NCBI GenBank assembly: GCA_965262385.1
Contig: CBDHFB010000016.1
Location: 2,011,381 to 2,075,380, forward strand
Source: Dehalococcoidia bacterium
Lineage (GTDB): Bacteria > Chloroflexota > Dehalococcoidia > Lucifugimonadales > CATOSD01
Reading direction: 5' to 3'
Length of the DNA: 64,000 nt
Shown here: positions 1 to 8,839 of the stretch, piece by piece
Layout of the letters: each line of letters starts with the position of its first letter
Numbering within the stretch: the stretch's first letter is position 1
Made by a program: the position numbers and the translations under genes
Notes under the pieces: model-generated
What the model was told of the DNA's origin: nothing
Databases searched by the model: none
The model's input: the letters and a program-made list of their open reading frames with translations, nothing else

Positions 1-398
1 CCAGGCCTCGGTTGTCTCGGTCAGGACTTCGTAGTCCTTGCTCAACCGACGAGAGCGTCCCAGCCATGCAAATGTTCTCTCAACCACCCATCTCCGCGGC
101 AACACCTCGAACTGATGGCTGCTTCTCGGACGCCTCACAATCTCCAGCGCCCAACCCGACAAGGACATGACCCAATCAACCAACTGGCCCGCGTAACCAG
201 CATCAGCCCAGATCAATTGCAGGCGTGGAGACCTTCCTACCAACTTATTGATAACCAGCTTTGCACCATCTCGGTCTTGGATGTCAGCGGGGTGGACCAC
301 GACTGCCAACAGCAGTCCTATGGTGTCCACGATGATATGCCGCTTGCGGCCCGTCACCTTCTTACCGGCATCATAGCCACGAGGCCCCCTTTTTCCGT
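1..398 (-). CDS. IS5-family transposase OrfB (DDE domain), -1 frame relative to OrfA, 3' partial
   Basis: My translation of the -1 frame from GAAAAAGGGGG (revcomp of 386-396) reads GPRGYDAGKKVTGRKRHIIVDTIGLLLAVVVHPADIQDRDGA...IWADAGYAG...VVERTFAWLGRSRRLSKDYE. It has no ATG, so it is absent from the ORF track. Confidence 0.7.
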
Positions 399-734
399 CG
401 TCTTCACGCTCTGGCTGTCTATGATCGCCGCGCTGGGAGAAGTCTGTCGTCCATCGGCTGTCCGTACCCTCTCGCGCAGGGCTTGATGGACCTTCTCCCA
501 GGTTCCGTCCTTTCGCCAGGTGCGGAAGTAGTGAAACGCCGTGCGCCAAGGGGGAAGGTCGTGAGGCAGCATCCGCCACGGGCACCCGCTCCGAAGTACG
601 TACATGATGGCGTTCACCACCTCCCGGCGAGGATACTTGACCGGACGGCCTCCTGGTTTAGGAGCGGGCAACAGAGGCTCTAGCAGTTGCCACTCGGTGT
701 CACTGAGATCGCTGGGGTAGGCTTGTCTGTTCAT
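354..734 (-). CDS. IS5-family transposase OrfA (DNA-binding part)
   Basis: MNRQAYPSDLSDTEWQLLEPLLP...GRPVKYPRREVVNAIMYVLRSGCPWRMLP is typical of IS5/IS427 orfA. Confidence 0.85.
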   Translation of the reverse strand: MNRQAYPSDLSDTEWQLLEPLLPAPKPGGRPVKYPRREVVNAIMYVLRSGCPWRMLPHDLPPWRTAFHYFRTWRKDGTWEKVHQALRERVRTADGRQTSPSAAIIDSQSVKTTEKGGLVAMMPVRR

Positions 735-748
735 GGGAATGGTTTATA

Positions 749-1846
749 TCATCCCCCACTCCTGTGTACAGGTATTATGTGACCACTTATTAGACACCCT
801 CTAAGAGTCTCGACGCGGATATCTTCCAACATCCATAGCCTAGCTCTTTCAGTGAGTCCAAAAAGAAAGGCTAAGTCATTGATGCGGTCAATAACCCAGG
901 GTTCACCGTTGCCCGTTCGACCTTGAGTACGCCAATCCTCGGGCTTGTCAGGCCCCTCGTTGTACATCCATCGAACTGGTTCCGTCTCGGTCCCATCAAG
1001 GTTCTTGGCTACGACTTTGAACTCGTACCATGTATCATATCGAAGTCCACTGAACGCCCTACACTTCGCCGTATCCCAGTCTGAATGGACCACTTCCGTC
1101 CCACCTAAGCCTGTGACCCGGTATGTAGTCTCAGGTGGATTCAAGTCGTCCACTATTGCCAGTGTGAATCCGTCCTCTTCAACGTTCATTGGCCCCGCCA
1201 TCATGGGTGGGTGTGCTAGGGTCACAATTGACGCCTCGGCAGTTTCAAATGAGCCGTCTTCCAGTTCAATAGCCACTCTATACCCGTAGCGTGTGTTGGA
1301 ACTAAGGCCTGTATCAACGTAGGAGGTCTGGCCGAGAGCCGGCGTGGCCGTAAGTTTGTCGTCCCTGTAGAGTTCCTGGCGTACCGGTGTATTCAAGCCG
1401 TATAACCAAGTCAAGTTAACTTCAGTGGGAGATCTGGGAACGACCTCGAGCACGAGTTGAGGTTTCGGAGTAGGCGTGGCCGTCGGCGTTGGAGTCCCCG
1501 TTGCCGTCGCCTCTGGAGTTGGTGTGGCCGTCGGCGCCAGGGTTGGTGTCGGCGTTGGAGTCCCCGTTGCCGTCGGCGCCAGAGTTGGTGTGGCCGTCGG
1601 CGCCAGGGCTAGTGTCGGCGTTGGAGTCCCCGTTGCCGTCGGCGCCAGAGTTGGTGTGGCCGTCGGCGCCAGGGCTGGTGTCGGCGTTGGAGTCCCCGTT
1701 ACCGTCGGCGCCAGAGTTGGTGTGGCCGTCGGCGCCAGGGCTGGTGTCGGCGTTGGAGTTGGTGTGAGCTCCGCCTCGCACGCTGCTAGTACAGCCGCCA
1801 AGACAAGCATTACAATTGCCACCGCCGGATTGAGTCTTCGGCTCAT
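749..1846 (-). CDS. Secreted lipoprotein with a Thr/Pro-rich repeat linker and beta-rich (FN3-like) modules; 3' end replaced by IS sequence
   Basis: Signal peptide plus lipobox (LAAVLAAC), then ([22 protein letters not shown])n. The last ~18 codons (749-801) lie inside the IS terminus. Confidence 0.6.
   Translation of the reverse strand: MSRRLNPAVAIVMLVLAAVLAACEAELTPTPTPTPALAPTATPTLAPTVTGTPTPTPALAPTATPTLAPTATGTPTPTLALAPTATPTLAPTATGTPTPTPTLAPTATPTPEATATGTPTPTATPTPKPQLVLEVVPRSPTEVNLTWLYGLNTPVRQELYRDDKLTATPALGQTSYVDTGLSSNTRYGYRVAIELEDGSFETAEASIVTLAHPPMMAGPMNVEEDGFTLAIVDDLNPPETTYRVTGLGGTEVVHSDWDTAKCRAFSGLRYDTWYEFKVVAKNLDGTETEPVRWMYNEGPDKPEDWRTQGRTGNGEPWVIDRINDLAFLFGLTERARLWMLEDIRVETLRGCLISGHIIPVHRSGG
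1482..1765. repeat. 66-nt tandem repeat, about 4.3 copies, coding the TP-rich linker
   Basis: Units begin at 1482, 1548, 1614, 1680 and 1746 (gtcggcgttggagtccccgtt...). Confidence 0.9.
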
Positions 1847-2000
1847 CGATCCCCTTGTCTGCTGGTCAACGCTTCACGCAACCTTTCATGTCCAACGCCG
1901 CCTTCGAGGTTCCGTTTGATTGGGGGTTGTGGCAGGGGCCTTCCAAAAGGGAATCGCATACCCCACATCCAAATAAAACCCCCATCTCAGACTACACCCC

Positions 2001-2165
2001 CGCGAGGGCGAGGGTTATCTCGTGCGCCACGGTTGCGTCCGGCTCGGCCCCTTGGGCGGCACTCAGCGCCGACCGTGCCGCCGCGCCGCCGATGCGGCCC
2101 AGGCCGCGTGCGAACGCACCAGCGCGCCGTCGCAGGCCAGCGCGCTCGCCAGCGCGGACACTGCT
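2001..2165 (-). pseudogene. Displaced copy of the queG 3' end (HEAT-repeat region), with an indel
   Basis: Aligns by eye to 7717-7885 (cgagggcgaggg.tatctcgtgcgccac...gcgtgcgaacgcac). The translation is split over two frames (ALVRSHAAWA / GRIGGAAARSALSAAQGAEPDATVAHEI). Confidence 0.75.
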
Positions 2166-2248
2166 GCGGGGTATGGCAGGTGGGAGTAGGGGCCGAGGTT
2201 CTCCCACTGTTCGTCCGTCAGGCCGCTGGGGTATGACTTTCGGCTCAT
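2166..2248 (-). pseudogene. 5' remnant of an IS5-family transposase orfA fused to the queG fragment
   Basis: MSRKSYPSGLTDEQWENL matches the N-terminus of IS5/IS427 orfA (compare 354-734), then runs into queG-like sequence. Confidence 0.65.
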
Positions 2249-2292
2249 CAGTGGTCATCAGTGCAGGGTCGACTTTGCGGACACCCGCTTAG

Positions 2293-3768
2293 CTAGACTT
2301 TGTACAAAACTTAGACAGAGGAAACAGGGTAAGCTGACGAGACCGAACCATCACGAAAGGTCAAGTCATGCTCACCCCCGTATCAGGCACGGGGCAGGCT
2401 CTGCCCGATGCCATTGTATCCCTTCTCAGTCCGTTCGCGCCGATGTTTCAGGCCAGGACATGGGCGAAAGTGCAGGTGCTGCTGGTCGGTGCAGTCCTGG
2501 CCACGCGCAAGAGGACCGTTACTTCCGCGCTCCGCGCCATGGGACTCAGCGACGACACCGGCTTTGCTCGGTATCACCACGTTCTCAACCGCGCTGTGTG
2601 GTCACCGCTCCAGCTGAGCCGTGTACTGCTGTTGCTCCTGGTACAGCACCTCGATCAGGGTGATAGTCCACTGGTGTTTGGGATCGACGAGACCTTGGAG
2701 CGGCGGCGTGGCAAGCAGATCAAAGCCAAGGGGATATATCGTGACGCAGTGCGCTCCAGCAGGAGTCATTTCGTCAAGGCCTCCGGCCTGCGTTGGATAA
2801 GCCTGATGTTGTTGACCACCATACCCTGGGCACATCGGACATGGGCATTACCTGTACTGACCGCCCTGGCTCCCTCTGAGCGCTACTGTCAGAAGCTGGG
2901 CCGGACGCACAAAAGGCTCACCGACTGGGCGCGTCAGATGATCCTCCAGCTCCGGCGCTGGCTGCCCAACCGTCCTCTGGTACTGGTGGCCGACAGCAGC
3001 TACGCTGCCCTCCATCTGCTCCACTTCTGTCAGTCCATGACTCGTCCGGTCACCCTCATTACCCGATTGCGTCTGGACGCTGCACTCTACGAACCCGCCC
3101 CACCTCGACTGCCCGGACAGATGGGGCGTCCACGCCTCAAAGGAGAACGATTGCCCACATTGAGGGAACTCCTCCAGTGCCCCGATGTAGGCTGGACCAC
3201 GATATCTGTGGCCTGGTACGACAGCGCCATTCGCACGGTGGAGACCGTCTCTCAAACAGCGGTCTGGTATCACACGGGCAAGCCACCCGTGCCCATTCGC
3301 TGGGTCCTCATTCGAGACCCCCTACACCGGTTCGACTCCCAGGCGCTGCTGTGTACCGATCCTGCGATCAGTCCGGCTCAGATCATCGAGTGGTTCGTGT
3401 TGCGCTGGCAGATCGAGGTGACGTTTCAGGAGACACGCGCCCATCTGGGAGTAGAGACTCAACGCCAGTGGTCGGATCGCGCCATATCTCGGACCACTCC
3501 TGTGCTGTTGGGACTGTTCTCCTGGGTAACTCTCGCAGCACACTTGTTGGGAGGTCGCCGGCTAGCGACCCCACGATCGGCGGCTTGGTATGTCAAGTCG
3601 GCCCCCACTTTCATTGACGCGATCGCTTTGGTGCGCCGTCATCTCTGGCTTGCCTCCGGTACTTTCCGCATGTCGTCGCAGAAACCAGATATGCGAGAAA
3701 TCCCGACTCCCATGCTCAACAGATTCATGGAGTTGCTAACCTATGCCGCGTGAATGTACAAAGTCTAG
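2293..3768 (+). mobile_element. IS701-like insertion sequence, complete
   Basis: Perfect 14-bp terminal inverted repeats CTAGACTTTGTACA (2293-2306) and TGTACAAAGTCTAG (3755-3768). A 5-bp direct repeat CTTAG sits at 2288-2292 and 4971-4975 once the nested IS5 element is removed. Confidence 0.8.
2368..3753 (+). CDS. IS701/IS4-superfamily DDE transposase
   Basis: 461 aa. N-terminus ...LLSPFAPMFQARTWAKVQVLLVGAVLATRKRTVTSALRAMGL..ARYHHVLNRAVWS, and the ...LRWQIEVTFQETRAHLGVETQRQW signature. Confidence 0.8.
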   Translation: MLTPVSGTGQALPDAIVSLLSPFAPMFQARTWAKVQVLLVGAVLATRKRTVTSALRAMGLSDDTGFARYHHVLNRAVWSPLQLSRVLLLLLVQHLDQGDSPLVFGIDETLERRRGKQIKAKGIYRDAVRSSRSHFVKASGLRWISLMLLTTIPWAHRTWALPVLTALAPSERYCQKLGRTHKRLTDWARQMILQLRRWLPNRPLVLVADSSYAALHLLHFCQSMTRPVTLITRLRLDAALYEPAPPRLPGQMGRPRLKGERLPTLRELLQCPDVGWTTISVAWYDSAIRTVETVSQTAVWYHTGKPPVPIRWVLIRDPLHRFDSQALLCTDPAISPAQIIEWFVLRWQIEVTFQETRAHLGVETQRQWSDRAISRTTPVLLGLFSWVTLAAHLLGGRRLATPRSAAWYVKSAPTFIDAIALVRRHLWLASGTFRMSSQKPDMREIPTPMLNRFMELLTYAA

Positions 3769-4966
3769 GGATACTCTGAACAAGTCTGGTGTATTGTGGC
3801 ATAGTAATATGCCATACACAAAGCAGAGATGTTTGGGGTGAAGACACGATGGACCAGCCAACATTTGCCGACTTGGAATACGAGAGCAAGAAGCGCAAGA
3901 CCCGGCGGGAGATATTCCTTGAGCGCATGGACGGTCTGATCCCGTGGGAACAGCTCGTAGAACGCATCCGCCCGTTCTATCCCAGGGCAGGCCGGGGCCG
4001 GCGACCCTATGAGTTGTCTGTGATGCTGCGGATTCACTGCGTGCAGATGTTCTACAACCTTAGTGATCCTGGTATGGAGGACATGCTCTACGAGGTCGAG
4101 TCGGTGAGACGGTTCGTAGGGTTGAGGCTGTCGGGCCCGCTCCCGGACGAGACGACGATCCTGAACTTCCGCCATCTGCTGGAAGAGCACGAGTTGGGAC
4201 AGGGTCTGTTCGAGGAGATCAACCGTCATCTGGAGTCCCAGGGGCTGCGGCTTCGGGAGGGAACGATCGTGGACGCGAGCATCATCGAGGCGCCATCGTC
4301 AACGAAGAATCGTGCAGGTAAGCGAGACCCTGAGATGCGTCAGACGAAGAAGGGGAATGAGTGGCACTTCGGGATGAAGGTACACATCGGTGCGGACGCT
4401 GAGACGGGAGTAGTACATAGCGTAAGAACGACACCTGCGAACGTTCATGACGTGACGGAGGCTCACCGGCTGCTGCACGGTAGAGAGAATCGGGTGTGGG
4501 GCGATGCGGGGTATCAGGGAGTCGACAAGCGATTGGAGAATCGCGAGTTGGATGTGGACTGGCAGGTAGCGATGAGACCCGGGAGACGTCGGCAACTGGA
4601 GCCGGGAAGCTATGAGGCGCTTATGGAGAAGCGCAAGGCGTCGACCAGGGCGAAGGTGGAGCATCCGTTCCTGTACGTGAAGCGGCACTTTGGATACGCC
4701 AAGGTGCGTTACCGAGGGTTGGCAAAGAACACGCAACGACTGACGTTGCTACTGGGGATGACGAACTTGATAAGGGCGGAGCGGTACCTGGCAGCCTGAA
4801 GGGGGCGAAGTGCGCCCAAGCTGGACAAACGAACGTCGATAGGCCTTAGCGGAGCCGTTTCAGGACCACAAGACCTCTATCGACACACCGTAGGAGGAAG
4901 AAACACCTCGGACAGTCCACTTACTGTCCATCACATACGAGATACCCTCAGTTGTTCAGAGGTTCC
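3769..4966 (+). mobile_element. IS5-group insertion sequence, complete, nested in the right end of the IS701-like element
   Basis: IRs GGATACTCTGAACAA (3769-3783) and TTGTTCAGAGGTTCC (4952-4966). The 4-bp target duplication CTAG lies at 3765-3768 and 4967-4970. Confidence 0.85.
3849..4799 (+). CDS. IS5-family transposase (InsH-like)
   Basis: MDQPTFADLEYESKKRKTRREIFLERMDGLIPW...NFRHLLEEH...WGDAGYQG...RAKVEHPFLYVKRHFGYAKVRYRGLAKN. The start is taken at the internal ATG of ORF 3789-4799. Confidence 0.9.
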   Translation: MDQPTFADLEYESKKRKTRREIFLERMDGLIPWEQLVERIRPFYPRAGRGRRPYELSVMLRIHCVQMFYNLSDPGMEDMLYEVESVRRFVGLRLSGPLPDETTILNFRHLLEEHELGQGLFEEINRHLESQGLRLREGTIVDASIIEAPSSTKNRAGKRDPEMRQTKKGNEWHFGMKVHIGADAETGVVHSVRTTPANVHDVTEAHRLLHGRENRVWGDAGYQGVDKRLENRELDVDWQVAMRPGRRRQLEPGSYEALMEKRKASTRAKVEHPFLYVKRHFGYAKVRYRGLAKNTQRLTLLLGMTNLIRAERYLAA

Positions 4967-4978
4967 CTAGCTTAGATC

Positions 4979-5914
4979 TCACCTGTCGCCGACAAGGCGA
5001 ATGTATGCCTCCCCCAGACTGGGGGGCGACGTGCTTATCGACGTTACTCCCGTTCCCACTATGACCTCCAGCACCTGGTTCGCTACGGACCCGTCATCGA
5101 GTTCGACACGGTAAGTGCCGTCTGGCATTCCTGAGACTGAGGCGACCCCAGAAATCCCTCGAAGTGTGTCGGGAAGTCGCTCAGGGCCCCCTGCGAAATC
5201 GATACGCTCGTACTGCGCGACCAGGGCGCTCAGTGTGCGAGGGGTCTCGACGGCCAGCACCCTGCCACGGTCGATGAGGGTCACTCTATCGCACACAGCC
5301 TCCGCTTCTGCCATGTCGTGCGTTGCCAGCAGAATCGTCCTGCCCTCCGATCGCAGCTCCTTCACCAGTTGCTGGAACTCTCTCGATGCAATCGGGTCCA
5401 TACCGGCAGTCGGCTCGTCCAAAAAGAGTACCGGAGCGTCTGCCACCAGCCCGCGGGCAAGGTGCAGCCTTTGCTTCATTCCCCGGGAATAGGTCTCAAC
5501 GAGGTAATCGGCGCGGTCCGTGAGTCCAACCTGCTCCAGCAAGTCCGACGAGCGTCGCCTGGCCGCCTGCCTTGGCACCTTGTACAAAGCGGCCCAGTAC
5601 TCCAGGTTCTGCCGACCGGTCAGCCTCCAATACAACCCACGGTCGCCTCCCAGAACGATCCCGATGAGAGGTCGGACCTTGGAGGTCTCCCGCACAACGT
5701 CGTGCCCAAGGATGGACGCGGTTCCGTTGGTGGGAAGGAGGACCGTTGAGAGCACCTTCACCAGTGTCGTCTTCCCGGCGCCATTGGGTCCGAGCAGACC
5801 GTGAATCTCCCCTTCCGTGATCTCGATGGATACACCGTCCAGGGCGACGACATCCGGATTGTTGTCCTGGCTCCTGTAGACCCGACGCAAGTCTCTGGTC
5901 TCAACCACAATCAC
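4979..5914 (-). CDS. ABC transporter ATP-binding protein (ABC-2/DrrA type)
   Basis: Walker A GPNGAGKTT, signature YSRGMKQRL, Walker B LFLDEPTAGMD. Confidence 0.9.
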   Translation of the reverse strand: MIVVETRDLRRVYRSQDNNPDVVALDGVSIEITEGEIHGLLGPNGAGKTTLVKVLSTVLLPTNGTASILGHDVVRETSKVRPLIGIVLGGDRGLYWRLTGRQNLEYWAALYKVPRQAARRRSSDLLEQVGLTDRADYLVETYSRGMKQRLHLARGLVADAPVLFLDEPTAGMDPIASREFQQLVKELRSEGRTILLATHDMAEAEAVCDRVTLIDRGRVLAVETPRTLSALVAQYERIDFAGGPERLPDTLRGISGVASVSGMPDGTYRVELDDGSVANQVLEVIVGTGVTSISTSPPSLGEAYIRLVGDR

Positions 5915-5939
5915 GCTGCTGCACCAACTTTCAGATGAC

Positions 5940-6728
5940 TTAGACGAATTCGATGGACCCGTCCCGCCTGCCGGCGTTGGCCAAGCGGTCCATAGCCAGA
6001 ATCGCCAGAACGATCCAGCCTGTTGCCACCATCGCTTCGAGTGCGGCGTGCTGGAGAATCGCGGCTATTGGTCCCTCGTCGAGCAACAGCCGGATTGCCT
6101 GAAGACCGTGGGTTATGGGCAGCAGGCGAACGATGAACTGCACCGCGTCCGGCCAGAAGGCAACCGGCACACTGACTCCGCAAAAGGCCCTTGCGAATAT
6201 CTGCATGAGTAGTTGAATGAAGTTGCTGACCTTGGGCAGCCGCGTCACGATCGTTCCCAGGAACAGTGCTAGACAGTAGGTGCTGGTCGCCGTAAGCGCC
6301 ACCAGCGGTAAGAGAAACAGTGTGTCCGGCCATGGCAATCCGAGATCGAACATTACTCCCAGTATGACGAAAGCTACTAGCGAAGTCGCAATACCCGCCG
6401 CAAGCCAGATAGAGGTTCGGCCAACCGTCGCCGGAACCAGGCTTGAGGGCGCGATGACCAGAAGAGGATAGCTACCGATATTCCGGTCCCACCTGGAAAA
6501 TGGGACAGTCCAACCTACCGCGACCGCACCGACGGCGACGGCGTTTCCGATCAGGAGGAATCGTTCGTGATCGGCTGAACCGAATAGTCTCGCAAGAAGG
6601 GCGAAGAAAAGGGCCTGGGAGATCATCTGGAGCATCCAGCCGCCAAACCAGGTCTTCCAGTTCCAGTAGTTGGTGAATTCCGTATACCCGACCAAGAGGC
6701 CGAAACGGTACAGCCTTACAGCGTTCAC
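5940..6728 (-). CDS. ABC-2 type transporter permease
   Basis: About 260-aa polytopic membrane protein. The GTG start at 6728 overlaps the upstream stop (GTGA). The longer ORF-track N-terminus overlaps the neighbouring gene. Confidence 0.75.
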   Translation of the reverse strand: MNAVRLYRFGLLVGYTEFTNYWNWKTWFGGWMLQMISQALFFALLARLFGSADHERFLLIGNAVAVGAVAVGWTVPFSRWDRNIGSYPLLVIAPSSLVPATVGRTSIWLAAGIATSLVAFVILGVMFDLGLPWPDTLFLLPLVALTATSTYCLALFLGTIVTRLPKVSNFIQLLMQIFARAFCGVSVPVAFWPDAVQFIVRLLPITHGLQAIRLLLDEGPIAAILQHAALEAMVATGWIVLAILAMDRLANAGRRDGSIEFV

Positions 6729-7555
6729 AGGAGCCCCAGCGTACCTTCTCTTCTTAGCTTGTCCAGCATCCGGCGAATCAGAAATATCCCAATCACGGCT
6801 CCACCCACACCCAGCGCCGTGATGGCGCCGAGCGAACCCAGTACACCCGCCGGCACCGCTTCCTGCATCGAGTCTCGCAGCAGGTTGGCCGACCAGTAGA
6901 GATACACGACGCGGCTCACCGGCTGGACCCACTCAGGATACGCTGTGATGGGCACCAGAATCCCCCCCAAGCAGAAACATTGGATAGAGGATCGAGTTCT
7001 GGTAGGTTCGTGCGTTCCTGGCGATGCTAAAGAGAGCCGCCGTGATAAGGGTCGTGCCTGCCGCCGCCAGCGTAGTGGCCATCAAAGTGACTCCGAATAT
7101 CAGTGGATGTTGGACCGTTACCGTCACTCCGAATACGAGCCGAATGATCGCCAGCTCACGACGATCCCCAACAGTGAGAGCACTGTCATTACGGTGATTC
7201 TCGAAAGAATGATCAGCCAGAGAGGGGAGGGCGTGGCAACCACGAGTTCAAGGGTTTGGCCGTATCGTTCCCGGGCCAACAATTCACTCGCCATGAAGAA
7301 CCCCATCTGTCCCACGCCCATAAGCATCGGAGCGACGAGCGAGTAGGCGGCCAGGTCTTGTCGTCCCACATAGTTGAACACCGCCATGAAAATAAGTGCG
7401 TGTATTGGCATGACGACAATTGCTCGCAGCTCTTCGACGCTCCGTCGAGTCATGCTGAACTGGGCGCGTACCGAGCCGGTGACCGGTCGAGTAAACGCTG
7501 CGACATCTGAAGCGACTGTGCCCACGGACAATCTCTGTTCTTTCGGCAGCTTCAA
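6725..7555 (-). pseudogene. ABC-2 type permease broken into three frames (two frameshifts, or sequencing errors)
   Basis: ORFs 7124-7555, 6933-7127 and 6725-6970 together give one ~280-aa permease. The second junction lies at a C7 run (about 6962-6968). Confidence 0.6.
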
Positions 7556-7597
7556 GATGATCGATTCTCTTGGCGTGAGGCTTGCTATGAGCCGACA

Positions 7598-7684
7598 GGG
7601 CAGGTTTGAAACCTGCCCCTACGACTGCGGATTGGTGGTGCGGGTGGCCGCGTCCGACAGGGCAGGTTTCAAACCTGCCCCTAC
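7598..7684 (+). repeat. Two tandem REP-A hairpin elements (GGGCAGGTTTGAAACCTGCCCCTAC)
   Basis: Copies at 7598-7622 and 7660-7684, each preceded by CCGACA. The second copy supplies the queG stop codon. Confidence 0.9.
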
Positions 7685-8829
7685 GATTGCGGATCGACGC
7701 CGCGGGACGCCGCGTCCTCGAGGGCGAGGGCTATCTCGTGCGCCACGTCCGCGTCCGGCTCGGCCGCTTGGGCGGCGCTCAGCGCCGACTGGGCCGCCGC
7801 GCCGCCGATCCGTCCCAAGGCCCACGCCGCGTGCGAACGCACAAGCGCGTCGTCGCCGGCCAGCGCCATCGCCAACGCTGGAACGGCCGCCGCGTCGGCC
7901 AGGTTGCCCAGCGCCACGCAGGCGTTGCGCCTCAGCCCCGATAGCTTGGCGCGCTTCATGGGGCTGCCCCGAAAGCGCTCGCGGAATCCCTGTTCGTCCA
8001 GCTCCAGCAGCGGGATAAGCTCGGGGGCGGCGAAGTCGCCGCGCTGGCGGAACGCGGCCTCGCCGCCGGGCCTCGCCTTGCGGTTGACGGGGCAGACGTC
8101 CTGGCAGATGTCGCAGCCGAACACCCAGGCGCCCACCAGCGGCCGCAGCTCGCGGGGGATCGGGCCGCGCAGCTCGATGGTGAGGAAGGAGATGCACCGC
8201 CGGTTGTCTATCACGTAGGGTGCGACTATGGCTCCCGTGGGGCAGTCGTCGATGCAGCGGACGCAGTTGCCGCACGTCTTGGCGAGCGGGGCGTCCGGGG
8301 CGAGCTCGAGGTCGGTGACGACCTGGCCGAGGAACACCCACGAGCCGTGCGTGGGCGTGAGTATGTTGGTGTTCTTGCCGAACCAGCCCAGGCCCGAGCG
8401 CGCGGCGGCGGCCCTGTCGTTCATGGGGCCGTCGTCGACGAACACGCCCGTCCGCACTTCCCTGCCCGCCAGCGGCGTCAGGGCGTCGGCGAAGCGGCGC
8501 AGGCGCGGCTTCAGCAGCTCGTGGTAGTCGTCGCCCCAGGCGTAGCGCGCCACCTTGCCGCGCAGCGGGCCGTCTTCTTCCGGCTCGCCCGTGTTGTAGC
8601 TGACCGCGAGCGACACCACCGACTTCGCGCCTTCGAGCAGGCTCTCGGGGCGGTTGGCCTTGCGGACGCGGTCCTCGGTGTACCAGGGCAGGCCGTCCAT
8701 CAGCCCCTGCCGCACCCGCTCCACGGCGGCGCGCTCGTCGCGCAGGAACGGCTCGGCGGTTGTCACGCGCACGAGGTCGAAGCCCAGGTCGAGCGCGCAC
8801 TGCTTGACGCGCGCCTTCAGGTCGGGCAC
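7681..8829 (-). CDS. queG: Epoxyqueuosine reductase
   Basis: Two 4Fe-4S motifs (CGNCVRCIDDCP, CDICQDVCP), a GKNTNILT block and C-terminal HEAT repeats. Confidence 0.9.
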   Translation of the reverse strand: MPDLKARVKQCALDLGFDLVRVTTAEPFLRDERAAVERVRQGLMDGLPWYTEDRVRKANRPESLLEGAKSVVSLAVSYNTGEPEEDGPLRGKVARYAWGDDYHELLKPRLRRFADALTPLAGREVRTGVFVDDGPMNDRAAAARSGLGWFGKNTNILTPTHGSWVFLGQVVTDLELAPDAPLAKTCGNCVRCIDDCPTGAIVAPYVIDNRRCISFLTIELRGPIPRELRPLVGAWVFGCDICQDVCPVNRKARPGGEAAFRQRGDFAAPELIPLLELDEQGFRERFRGSPMKRAKLSGLRRNACVALGNLADAAAVPALAMALAGDDALVRSHAAWALGRIGGAAAQSALSAAQAAEPDADVAHEIALALEDAASRGVDPQS

Positions 8830-8839
8830 GCCGGGCGCC

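Larger units (their letters stand above)
1..801 (-). mobile_element. IS5-family (IS427-like, two-ORF) insertion sequence, cut by the window edge
   Basis: orfA lies at 354-734 and a DDE-domain frame runs on to position 1. The outer end GAGGGTGTCTAATAAGTGG is the revcomp of 783-801, followed by flank TAAG. Confidence 0.8.

Noticed and set aside
115-486. 123-aa plus-strand ORF
   Set aside because: It is antisense to the IS5-family transposase, whose orfA and orfB frames explain the whole region. It has no motif of its own.
5940-6932. 330-aa version of the first ABC-2 permease
   Set aside because: The N-terminal ~70 residues overlap the neighbouring permease fragment in another frame. A GTG at 6728 with a GTGA stop-start overlap gives a normal-length protein.
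7619-8800. 393-aa Arg/Ala/Pro-rich minus-strand ORF, and the plus-strand ORFs 7374-8018, 8347-8862 and 8654-9400
   Set aside because: These are alternative or antisense frames of queG and the hydrolase. They have the low-complexity composition typical of shadow ORFs in high-G+C DNA.
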